This document shows positions 41,701 through 53,129 of a stretch of 64,000 nucleotides of DNA, one piece after another. The DNA is from the human T2T-CHM13v2.0 reference genome, Homo sapiens. The notes below the pieces were generated by a model that saw only the letters and a list, made by a program, of their open reading frames with translations, ran no database searches and was not told the DNA's origin. The stretch lies in the NCBI RefSeq assembly GCF_009914755.1, contig NC_060937.1. One strand, written 5' to 3'. Each line of letters begins with the position of its first letter. The stretch's first letter is position 1. The translations under genes and the position numbers were made by a program.

Positions 41701-42611
41701 AGGTATTTCCTTATAGCAATGCAAGAACAGATTAATGCACTCCTTCCCCCATGAAGACAATTGGGTGGTTATTTTTTGAACAAAATTATTCAAAGCATTC
41801 TCATCTTCTCATTGTAGCTTATCTACTACATTATGATTTCAAATTCAAAATTTAAAATAAATGACTATAAGGCACCTATTTGTAAAATTTAGAAGTAATT
41901 TTATTGATATCTGTCCTTTTATTTTAAAAAAGAGAATGAAATACTTTGTTTAATCACCAGTAGAGCCATATTTAGCAGATAAATGCCTGGAATGATCTGA
42001 CTCAGACTTATGTCTCCATCATCTCCTTCACTGAGATTGTATGAAAAAATCTCTTGTTTCCCTCCATGAAGCGTGAATGGGCTCTTCAGTCTGGTTTTCT
42101 TGTTCTCATTACACTCATCTTCAGCTTCATTTCCAATGGTTTTATTTCTTTTTTTAGGCCCATGCAGTTAAAAATCATTAGTTTCAGTTGCAATATACAA
42201 TTTCAGGCAAGGGCTGATGATATCTGCACTGTAATGGATACCCTCTAAGATCAGCACTTTATATCTATCCCTAACAGGAAATTTTTTATCAGCGGCATTG
42301 CTATCAGACTTAAGAGGATCAAAGCATATAACAGCTATTATCAGATAGATGCTACCTTATCCTTTACAGAAAAAACTGCCACTATACGTGGTAAATAATC
42401 TTTTTCATCATTTCTTCTGGGCACTTGTTTTTATCACCCCCTTAGACTGAGATTATAGGCATGACTCTAGTGCCAGTCTTGAAACAATCTTCTCTCATAG
42501 TCCCTCCATATACTACTTCCTACATTGTACATCATAACTATGGCCAATATAATTTACTCAAGAGCAAAATAAGAACAGAGAGATCAGAACTCTATTTATG
42601 ATGTCAGACAG

Positions 42612-43089
42612 TGTGGGAGAGACCTTAGCTCCACGCGTCATGTCTCCCAATTCCTCTGATTTTAGCCTCAGCTGATGGACAGTGCCACACAAGTTCTGAT
42701 TGACAGTTACTCACCTCAAGCATACTCCATACATCTTTCTGCCAAGAACATTCTGCAACATTATGAAGTCCATGTGCCCTATATGCAAGTAAAGCCAGAA
42801 GTCCTGGAGTAATACCTCCAGTAGCAGCCCCTATTGGGAAACAGAAGCCAGTGAGTAAATGCCCCTGCCTCCTGTCCTCAGGGTGATAATTTTGGAAATT
42901 GTAGTAGACATTCTGTCACTTCTCAACAGGACCTAGTAGAATCAAGTGAATGCTGTGCACAGGCACAAACTCAATAATACATCTCCCTGTTAGCTTTTTT
43001 CGCCATCCCTGTCTCACCTTGGCCACCCTTTCACCCCTACTTTCACATCAACTCCAGTATAAACTACTCACACCTAGGTCTTTGTCTCA
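42612..43089 (+). mobile_element. Old ERVL LTR (LTR16-like)
   Basis: 3' end ctttgtctcaagggaatacaaactaagaca; internal gccagtgagtaaatgcccc...gacattctg. Left boundary uncertain. Confidence 0.55.
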
Positions 43090-43144
43090 AGGGAATACAA
43101 ACTAAGACAGGTTACTTTGTTAACAACTTGCTATTCCTTTAGAA

Positions 43145-43359
43145 CAGGGATCAGCAATTTTTTTCTCTAAAGGGGCAGATTGTACATGTTTGTGGTTCAT
43201 ATGGTCTTTGTGGCCGCTACTCAATTCTATCATTTTAGAGTGAAAACAGCCATAAACAATGCACAATGAATGGGTGTGACTATGTTCTAATTAAAATATA
43301 TTTATGAAAACTGGTGGTGGACCGCATGCTGTCCGTGGGCCATAGATTGCTAATCTCTA
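43145..43359. mobile_element. MER58A hAT-Charlie MITE
   Basis: cagggatcagcaa...aaaggggcagat...tgaatgggtgtgact...gtgggccatagattgctaatctcta. Confidence 0.75.
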
Positions 43360-43439
43360 TGAAGCGGAAATTATTTCTGTAATGCATTAGAATATGCTTA
43401 GTTTCCCCTAGGCTTCAGTATCCTAATGATAATAATTGG

Positions 43440-44490
43440 TGAAACTAACAATTACATTTTATTAAAATGATTACATATGAGGCATTATTTCTAGCAGGTG
43501 TTTTACATATATTATCATGTTTGACTCCACGTTTTTATATTATTTATGCAGAAACTGAAGCTCAGAAATGCTGTGCTTATCATTCATGTTGTTCACCAAA
43601 GAGTTGTTTTATGCGGACTTACGTCTTCATCGTCTCCTTCACTGAGGTTGTATGAAAAAAATCTCTTGTTTCCCTCCATGAAGCATGAATGGGCTCTTCA
43701 ATCTTAAACAATCTGTCCATCAGCTGAGGCTGAAATCAGAGGAATTGGGAGACATGATGCAAGGAGTTAAGGTCTCTCCCGCACTATCTGACATTATAAA
43801 TAGAGCTCTGTTCTCTCTGTTCTTATTTTGCTCTTAAGTAAATTCTGTTGGCAATAATTATGATGTACAATGTAAGAAGTAGTATATTGAAGCGATGAGA
43901 AAAGATGGTTTCAATTGTTTTTTAGCCTCATTACACTCATCTCCAGCTTAATTTCCAATGGTTTTATTTCCTTTTAAAAGTCCTTGCAGTTAAAAATCAT
44001 TAGTTTCAGTTGCAATACAAATTTAGGCAAGGGCTGATGATATTTGCACTGTAATGGATACCCTCTAAGATCAGCACTTCAAAGTACATAATTATGTACT
44101 TGCCTTCTAAGTACATAATCGAACTGTATTGCCTCTCGCTGGTGGGGTGAAGCCACCTAATAACTTCTAGGCCATGTGTTATGAGCTTTAATTGATACTA
44201 AATGATGCTCCAGAACTCTTTTCTTTTGTTCCATTATTGACAAATTCCAGATAGTGGGTTCCAGATTGAGGCAAACAGAAGGCAGCAAATACCAGTGGCA
44301 AGTAACTTGAGAGAAAAATACATCTGATATTTGGAAATTATTTGTTACCAGTGTATAACTTAGCCATCCTGACAAATATGAAAGCTAAATAACTTGACCA
44401 TTAACATAGCTAATAAGTGGCATAGATCAAATTTGAATACAGATCTTCAAACCCCAATGCCTGACCTCTTTCCACTGTACCTCCCTTACT
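43440..44490 (+). mobile_element. MIR split by an old MLT1-type LTR (~43569-44380)
   Basis: MIR gcagaaactgaagctcaga resumes at ~44385 with taaataacttg...atagctaataagtggc. LTR 3' end is tttgttaccagtgtataacttagccatcctgacaaata. Confidence 0.55.
43616..44079. repeat. Complex local duplication (direct-inverted-direct) of 42005-42259 and 42479-42682
   Basis: 43616-43704 matches 42005-42092; 43713-43914 matches the reverse complement of 42479-42682; 43917-44079 matches 42094-42259. Confidence 0.93.
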
Positions 44491-47297
44491 ATGTGTTAGT
44501 CTTTTCTGCATATTAAAAACAGAAAAAACCAACAATATTTTACGGTAAATTCTCCCTGTCAAGGGGTGCTACTGTCTGAAGGGCCAAAGGTCTCCTGTCT
44601 TAGCTGTGTTGAAAACCCAGGAAATAGGGATAATCCGGAAAAGGTGAGCAAAAAAGAACACTGGTTCTTGAAAAATTGTCAAGTACATAGTATTTATATT
44701 CGCTGGCCTCCCATCTTTTTCCTACTCTAAGCCACAGTTCCTATCACAGAAAGACTCTGGGACATCTGTCAAGGCATAGTGATTTACTCTTCTCTGGTAA
44801 CTACCTCCCATTTCTCTAAAATGGGAATGAGAACTCCCCATTAGTTAAAAAATAGTAATAGTAAAAATAACTGGTCTCAATAACCATCATGAAAATAATT
44901 TGTTAAAATAATCCAGTCTTAAGTATCCTACAGGAAGACCATTAATAATAAATACGTTTCTGATGGTAGAATCTGAATATAGGCCAGGATAGTTTTGTCA
45001 GCTACCTCTCCATTTCTTTTCTGATTATTCCCACCTTCTCTCTCAAATCAGAACAGCTCAAGCGCAGAATATATGACACAACCCCAGGATCAGAAAATAC
45101 ATATTTCGTTAATGCAAACAGAAATCAATGAGTAAAATGTTTGAACTGTATTATCATAACTAATCTCCTATTAGTTAGGACAAAAGAGAATAATTAATTT
45201 AGTGTCTTTGTTTTTAAAATATGGTCACTTTTCTTAGGTTTATTTTTGTAAAAATGTATGCCAATCACATATTCTTGCTTCTCTCAAAATGATAATTTAT
45301 TCAAATTAAACAAATAACTCACTTTTTTCTCATGGGGGCAGTAAGTTATACTCTATAGTAATGTCAGTAGCGAGTAACATGATTCTATATAAATCTATAG
45401 ACTGGTTGATTTTGCATCATTTGCTATATAAATAGAACATAAAATGTTAGTTTTAAAAGAAAAAAAGATGAACAGCTATTTAAGAAATAAATCATTTAAT
45501 CTTTAAACCCATAAACAGAAAGTAAATATAATATGTGGTTTGCACCAAAACTTCCTGAAATTCAGGAGACTAAACTGAATTAATATTCTATGTTGCCTAG
45601 GAGTTGCAGCTGACTGCCTCAGGAAATATATGGACATATAGTGATATATCTCCTGGGCTGTTATGTAAAATAAAATTGAGTAAATCAGACATTGTTGATT
45701 GCCTAAATATTTACAGCTTGAGAAATTTTAAGATCAATAACTTTTTTCAAAAGCGTTGAGGTTTGAAATGAGTTTCTTTTAAAATAATTAGAATTAGGAG
45801 GCCAGTCATGATTTGCATTATCTAGTCCTGTATTGAGTGGTATCATTCTTATTGTCATATGCTTTTTTGTCCTATTTTTAAAATTTAGTCTACCTAACAT
45901 TTGCAAAATATTTTTGAATAGAAGTTTTTCTGAAGAGATTTCATGCACATAATAAATGTCTGCCTTAACATATGTGTTCATTACAAGAATGTTTTTTCAT
46001 ATTATAAAAATATGTATCTAAGTTTTTACTTAAATCTTGGAACATTCATGACAAGACGTATGTTGATGGTTTAATGTTAAATGTTCAGCAGGAATTAATT
46101 TTATAGTATTACAAATGGTTAAAAATGTCACATTATACTACAAAACTAGAATTTCTGATTTATAAACTCATTTTTATATTCACAATTTAGAGAAAATTGT
46201 GGACACATTAAACTGCTTACATAAGCTTTTACGGAAGTAACTAAAAAATGAAAAGCAAATTTTGCAGTGCCATTTGGCTGGCTAATTTATCTAAAATACG
46301 ATAACTGTAAAACCAGGTAGAAGGTCATAATTATAATTTTTTTCTCAGTGAAATCTGTGATAGATCTCTCCACATTTAAAGAATTCAGCACTTTTGTCCA
46401 TTCTTACATTGTTAAAAAGAAAATATCCAAGAAACACAAACTACAATTGCAATTTCTTAATAAGACTGTATGTAAGACACATGTATGTTAATGTCTTATA
46501 ATTTTAAGGAAGAGAAAGAATAATTCCTTTTTTATTCTAAACATCCAGAAGAGTAGTCCTATTAATTCAAGGTCTCTTACCCTTCCAAAGGAAATCATCT
46601 AAAATTTTATGTGGCCATTTAAATGATTGCTTCGGGAAATTTATATGGTAGTCATGGGAACAAGTAAAGAAGTCAAGGCAACGTTGATCATTTTAATGGT
46701 GTGCAAGTGATCCATCCAATTTGTAAATACCTTAGACCACTCTCTAGGTCATGAATGATCAGAAAAGGCATTTATGCAAAATTAATGAAGTAAAATATAT
46801 GTTCATTAATAGCTAGAATCTTCTAAAGTTTTTTAATTGGTCAGGTTCATTGTAATACTCCATCCAAGCTTTTAAAAGAAAAAAACACCGTAGCTGGGTT
46901 ATTGCATACTTTTGAAGAAAACATATTTTCTTTTTGATAATTCAAAACTAATTATTTTGTGTTTTTCTTTTTAAAAATACTGAATATTTCTATTAATAGC
47001 ACTTCTTTACAAAATATACTTCCCTGGTTCCATCAACATTTGTCTGCTTAGAACAAGTAATGATATAAATATGATGTTCCTATATCTTGGCAGCCCCTCT
47101 CTTAGAGATTAACTGCATAAAGTACAGACAAACAGGGCAAACTGGACCTAGACCCATTATTTTGAACCCCCTCTCTCCAAACCTGGCACTTAAATGAGAC
47201 AGGTAAGAAGAGAACTAAGTTGTGAATGCTGGAAAGAATCCCATGCTAGAGACAAAATGTACTGATGGCATCTGGGTGATAAATAAATATCACAAAC

Positions 47298-47599
47298 ACC
47301 CAGCACTTTGGGAGGCTGAGGTGGGAGGATCTCTTAAGGCCAGGAGTTTAAGACCAGCCTGGGCAAAATAGCAAGACTGTGTTTCTACACAAATAAATAA
47401 ATAAATAAAAGAAAAAAATTAAGCAAGCAAACAAACAAAAACGAGCTGGGCATGATGACATGGACCTATAACCCTACCTACTTGGGAGGCTAAGATAGGA
47501 GGATCACTTGAGCCCAGGAATTCAAGGTTGTAGTTCAAGTAAGATATAACTCTGCCACTGCACTCCAGCCTGGACAACAGAGCGAGATCCTGTCTCAAA

Positions 47600-47634
<35 letters not shown>

Positions 47635-47635
47635 A
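47298..47635 (+). mobile_element. 5'-truncated AluJ with (TAAA)n tail
   Basis: cccagcactttgggagg...cctgtctc followed by (aaat)n. Confidence 0.9.
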
Positions 47636-48523
47636 ATGAACAGTGATAGTTCATGAAAACAGTCTGTCAGAGGTGGTCTGACGTGAAACATGTCTCAGAG
47701 TTTCTGAAAACTTGACGAAGAAGAGCTAGATCTCTTCAGAAACCAAGGCTAACAAGCAGAAGAAATCAAGGAAGTCTGAGAGCAAGTAACTCGTCCTTAA
47801 TTTCAACACAGAGACTAATCACAGAGACAACACAGAGACTCATCTCTGACGGGGTAATGGAATTGAGTTATGGAAGGAACAATGGATTAGATAGATTAAA
47901 ATGCAGGAAGACAGGGTAGAGGGAAAAAAGTAGAACCCGAGTTACTAGAAATGAGATACTAGATTGAGAAGTTTGGTCTTTATACTAAATAATTGATTGG
48001 TAATTCATGATTAATTTTTGATGACTATGGTAAAAATCTAGGAAGGACATGATATAGTAATATTTTCTTTGGAACTGAGACAACCTCGATCCTGAAACTA
48101 CAGGTAAAATTGCCTGTGCCCTGGGAAGAGGAGCCTACAGAGAGGACAGGTAGGCAATGTCAGTGGCTGACTTGCAAAAGCCTCAATGTGGCTACTTGAT
48201 ATTTTACTCCAGCTAAAACCAAACCTATTTCCTCATATGTGCCATGAAGATCACTCTTCCCACTCTGGTTTATAGGGAAGATTAAATGGACTTGTGTAAT
48301 TAAAGTCCCTGGCCTAGAGTAGAGACACAATAAATGCTAATACCACTCTCATTGTTAGGGTCATGATCTGGATTTTCCAGACTGGTTTCACATCAAAAAT
48401 TCTAAAGTCAGTTTTCTCTCTATACTCTTTTCTACTCAATTCCTACCCCAGGCAATCCGGAATTACTTTTTAGTGGAAACAAGAAGTAACAACAACTACC
48501 TCCATAAAAAACACAAAAGCATG

Positions 48524-48640
48524 GGCCTGGCATGGTGGCTTCTGCTTGTAATCCCAGTACTTTGGGAGGTTGAGGTGGGAGGATGGCTTCAGAAAAGGAG
48601 CTCAAGACTAGCCTAGGTGAGAAAGCAAGACCCCATCTCA
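48524..48640 (+). mobile_element. Alu left monomer / FLAM
   Basis: ggcctggcatggtggct...gcaagaccccatctc. Confidence 0.85.
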
Positions 48641-49027
48641 ACAGATACATATATGTATTTGTATGTGTGTGGTTATTGAAAAAAACACTTATGTATCCTT
48701 TGGAGACATATTGAGGCACAAAGCACTTTGAACCCTGTACACTTTGTCTCTCTCCTTTACAATTCCCATTACAGGCTGACCCAGGGAAAGCTGAGGGGTG
48801 GAGAGATCTCATAATGCGGAACACTCATTGGCTGTATTGCAACTCTTCCTCATCCCCTTCCTATAAAGAGCTGACCATTGTGGAAGCATGCCAATGACCT
48901 CCAGATCTCTGTGGCCAGGATAGTCATGGATTTAGCAGTGCTGAGCTATTTTGATGGTGTAGTTAGCAGTAGGCCAAAACCAGACGACGTGAGCTCCTGT
49001 GGTTTACAGCAAGAGCCTCTGGGAATC

Positions 49028-49434
49028 TGTTGGAAGAAAGCTGAGTGTTGGGAAGAAAGCTCAGGCAGGGTTTGCATAATGTTCTCTGGAATGTGTCTAG
49101 ACTTGCTGGCTCCTTTCTTCTAGCCCTCCTGGGCTCCTAGATCGATTGTATTCCCATTATCTCAAGTAGCAGAAGATGTTCCATATAAATGCTAAACCAT
49201 CACAGCTGTAGATCATGTGCCTATCATTTTGACCCCCACATTCTCACCACCTGTTTCTCTGTTGGATTAGCAATAAATAGTGTGGGATCCCAGAGTTCGG
49301 GGCCTTCGCAGCCTCCACAATCGCGATGGCCTCCTGGTCCCACTTTACCTCTCAAACTGTCTTTTTCTCAATCCTTTGATTCTGCCAGACTTTGTTACCC
49401 CCACGACCTGGTGTTGGATCTGATTACCCCAACA
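49028..49434 (+). mobile_element. 5' LTR (LTR14-family)
   Basis: tgttgg...ccccaaca; TATA-like catataaatg; polyA signal caataaa. Confidence 0.88.
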
Positions 49435-49583
49435 TTCCTGGCTGCCCGATGTGGGGCAACAAAGACCCTGGTGAAGGAACACTAGAGCGTGGGAAAGTGG
49501 AGGATGCATCGTCAAAGGACACTCGAGGACGTCTAAAAGAAACTCAGCGGGAAAGCTGAGCACTCGGAAGAACCAGGGTAACA

Positions 49584-50185
49584 ATGAGACAAAGTGAAAG
49601 CAGACTTTCTGCTTATTTAAATTTCTTAAGGCATTTATCACAAAGAGGGGGAGTGAAAGTTAGTACTCAGAATTTGTTATCACTTACTCTTTAGTGCAGT
49701 AAAGCAGTTTTGCCCATGGTTCCCAGAACAAGGGACTATGGAGTTGGATGCATGGGAGAGAATTGGAAGAGGTTTTTAAAAAAGTGTATAAAGATGGAGC
49801 AAAAATTCCAGTCTGTTTGTTCACTGTGGGTGCTAATAAAAGCAGCTCTTGAGCCATTTCAAACAGATGATGAGGCAGATTCAGATGAGGAAGAGGAAGA
49901 CGAGTGTAAAAATCGAACTTCAGATTCTGAATGTGAGGAACAGGAAACGGAGGAAATTTAAAGAAAGGATATGTTTTACTAGCCCATCAGCTCCACCTGC
50001 TGAATTAAGTGAAAGGCCACTTCCTCTCTCCTCTTAATGGGCAAGAAGATGAATTGGCTACAAAACTTACTGCTCCTGTAGTTGAAACATTAAAACCTGG
50101 AGCAATTGGTGGTGCTACACAAAATTCTATTCAAAAGGCTAGAGCCGAGAGAGACCTTGAAGCATGGTAATTCCCCGTAACTATA
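49584..50185 (+). pseudogene. gag: Betaretroviral (HML-1) gag 5' remnant: matrix plus acidic region
   Basis: atgagacaaagtgaaagc gives MRQSES..AYLNFLRHL..RGGVKVS; later FCPWFPEQGT and ALIKAALEPFQTDDEADSDEEEE. Frameshifted. Confidence 0.85.
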
Positions 50186-51581
50186 AGATGCTCTTTTAAG
50201 ATGCTCTGCTCCCCAGTTTCTACCCAGCTTACCCCCCCTGCAATACAATCTTCAAGCCTTGGCTCCTTGCCCAGGGCCTTAGAACTGATAACCTAGTACT
50301 TTAACAGCTGGAACTGGGTCTACAACAACATAATAGATCAGGATGAAAACAAATTCAGTAAATTAAAGGGAGGCGTATATTCCTATAGTGGCAAATGGGG
50401 GCAACGAGCAAATGTCCTTCCACTTTGTTTCCAAAACCCATCTACAGAGGAGAAAGAAAGAGATATATACAAGAAAAAACAGCGTACCCTATTCCTTTAA
50501 AAGCCAGGGTAAATGTAAAACCTATAATTGATAAATGGAGGTCTTCTCCATGACCCTATAACACTCCAATACTACCTTGTTGTCAGTGTAAACAAGGGCA
50601 TAGCCTGAAAGCACTGAGACCACTGACAACTAGTAGCCTTCCTAACAAAAATCCTTAACCCAGTAACCCGCGGATGGCCCAAATGCATTCCATCGGTAGC
50701 GGCAACTGCTTTGCTAACAGAAGAAAGTAGAAAAATAACCTTTAGAGGTAACCTCATTGTGAGCACACCTCACCAGTTCAGAGCTATCCTAAGTGAAAAA
50801 AGCAAAAAGGTAGCTTATAAACTCAATCTTAAAGTATGGGGCTATTCTGTTAGAAAAAGGTGATTTAACATTAACCACTGAAAATTCCCTTAACCCAGCA
50901 GGCTTCCTAATGAGGGATTTAAATCTTAATTACCATACAAAGGTCCAACCAGAACTGGGAGAGACTCCCTTCAGGACAGGAGGATAGATGGTTCCTCCTG
51001 GGTGATTGAGGGGAAAAAAACAAACACACACACACACAATGGGTATTCAGTAATTGATAGGGAAACTCTTGTAGAAGCAGAGTTAGGAAAGTTGCCTAAT
51101 AATTGATCTGCTCAAACATGCGAGCTGTTTGCACTCAGCCAAGCCTTAAAGTACTCACAGAATCAAAAAACTCTATCTCAATCCTGACTCAAAAGGTTAC
51201 CTACACCCTCTCTGAAACAAATTTGCATAAGAACTGTTGTTTATGGGAGTGCATCTTGAAGGGGCAGCTGGGTTATTATGAAATACTCAGGAACCCAGCC
51301 CAGCTCTAGGACTCACCCCTGAGCACAAAGGCAATGTTGGGCACACTGGTAAAGGACCACTAGAATCCAGCAGCCCGGACCCTTTTCTTTGTGGTCAAGA
51401 AAGGGGAAAACAGGTGCAGGACTGCTACATCGGTGAGCGTAACTAATCCGATAAGCAGAGGTCCATGGGTGATTATGTACCCTGGAAAGGAATAAGCATT
51501 AGGACCATAGAGGACACTCTAGGACTAATGCTCATCAGAAAATGACTAGGGGTGCTGGCATCCCTATGTTCTTTTTTTCAG
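50186..51581 (+). mobile_element. HERV-W-type (HERV17) long pre-gag leader
   Basis: acctcattgtgagcacacctcaccagttcag and aaaggaccactagaatccagcagccc; ends ...tccctatgttctttttttcagatggg directly before the gamma-type gag. Confidence 0.7.
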
Positions 51582-52243
51582 ATGGGAAATGTTCCCCCCA
51601 AGGCAAAAACGCCCTTAAGATGTATTCTGGAGAATTCGACCCAGTCAGAGTGTGTGTACCTTTTTCCCTCTCAGATTTGAAGCAACTTAAAATAGACCTA
51701 GGTAGATTCTCAGATAACCCTGATGGCTATATTGATGTTTTACAAGGGTTAGGACAATCCTTTGATCTGACATGGAAAGATATAATGTTACTGCTAGATC
51801 AGACACTAACCCCAAATGAGAGAAATGCCACCATAACTGCAGCCCGAGAGTTTGGTGATCTCTGGTGTCTCAGTCAGGTCAATGATAGGATGACAACAGA
51901 GCAAAGAGAACGATTCCCCACAGGCCAGCAGGCAGTTCCCAGTGTAGACCCTCGCTGGGACACAGAGTCAGAACATGGAGATGGGTGCCACAGACATTTG
52001 CTAACTTGCATGTTAGAAGGACTAAGGAAAACTAAGAAGAAGCCGATGAATTACTCAATGATGTCCACTATAACACAGGGAAAGGAAAAAAATCCTAATG
52101 CCTTTCTGGAGAGACTAAGGCAGGCATTGAGGAAGCATACCTCTCTGTCACCTGACTCTATTGAAGGCCAACTAATCTTAAAGGATAAGTGTATCACTCT
52201 GTCAGCTGCAGACATTAGAAAAAACTTCAGAAGTCCACCTTAG
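51542..52243 (+). CDS. Open 233-aa ORF encoding most of a HERV-W-type Gag capsid (p30); expression unknown
   Basis: VPFSLSDLKQLKIDLGRFSDNPDGYIDVLQGLGQSFDLTWKDIMLLL and MHR-like ITQGKEKNPNAFLERLRQAL. Confidence 0.55.
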   Translation: MTRGAGIPMFFFSDGKCSPQGKNALKMYSGEFDPVRVCVPFSLSDLKQLKIDLGRFSDNPDGYIDVLQGLGQSFDLTWKDIMLLLDQTLTPNERNATITAAREFGDLWCLSQVNDRMTTEQRERFPTGQQAVPSVDPRWDTESEHGDGCHRHLLTCMLEGLRKTKKKPMNYSMMSTITQGKEKNPNAFLERLRQALRKHTSLSPDSIEGQLILKDKCITLSAADIRKNFRSPP

Positions 52244-53067
52244 GCCCGGAACAAAACTTAGAAACCCTACTGAACTTGGCAACCTCAGTTTTTTATAACA
52301 AAGATCAGGAGGAGCAGGCGGAATGGGACAAACGGGATTAAAAAAAAAAAAGGCCACTGCTTTAGTCATGGCCCTCAGGCAAGCAGACTTTGGAGGCTCT
52401 GGAAAAGGGGAAGGCTGGGCAAATCGAATGCCTAATAGGGCTTGCTTCCAGTGCGGTCTACAAGGACACTTTAAAAAAGATTGTCCGAACAGAAATAAGC
52501 CGCCCCCTCATCCATGCCCCTTATGTCAAGGGAATTACTGGAAGGCCTACTGCTCCAGGGGACGAAGGTCCTCTGAGTCAGAAGCTGATCCAGCAGCAGG
52601 ACTGAGGGTGCCCAGGGCAAGCACCAGCCCATGCCATCACCCTCACTGAGCCCCAGGTATGCTTGACCATTGAGGGCCAGGAGGTTAACTGTCTCCTGGA
52701 CACTGGCACGGGCTTCTCAATCTTACTCTCCTGTCCCAGATAACTGTCCTCCAGATCTGTCACTATCCGAGGGGTCCTAGGACAGGCAGTCACTAGGTAC
52801 TTCTCCCAGCCACTAAGCTGTGACTGGGGAACTTTATTCTTTTCACATGGCTTTCTAATTATGCCTGAAAGCCCCACTCCTTTGTTAGGGAGAGACATCC
52901 TAGCAAAAGCAGGGGCCATTATACACTAGAATTAGGAGAAAGAAAAAGGGTAAATATATAGACTCTAAGTATGCTTACCTAGTCCTCCATGCCCACGCAG
53001 CAATATGGAGAGAAAGGGAATTCCTAACTTCCGAGGGAACACCTATCAAACATCAGGAAGCCATTAG
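52244..53067 (+). pseudogene. HERV-W-type nucleocapsid, protease and RNase H remnants; RT deleted
   Basis: Zinc knuckle CFQCGLQGHFKKDC; gag stop tga at 52603-52605; protease LLDTG near 52693 and PLLGRDIL; direct jump to RNase H DSKYAYLVLHAHAAIWRER. Confidence 0.88.
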
Positions 53068-53129
53068 ACCCCCAAATTCTCCTTACCTCTGAATCTACTT
53101 CCTCCAATCCCTGCCTAAAGATAATTTTA

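Larger units (their letters stand above)
40376..41739 (+). mobile_element. MST LTR interrupted by LTR30 and an Alu
   Basis: ccacccaaatctcatgttgaaatg...tccttgatac | atactgtcctcatg...aggtatttccttatagcaatgcaagaacagattaatgca. Confidence 0.85.
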
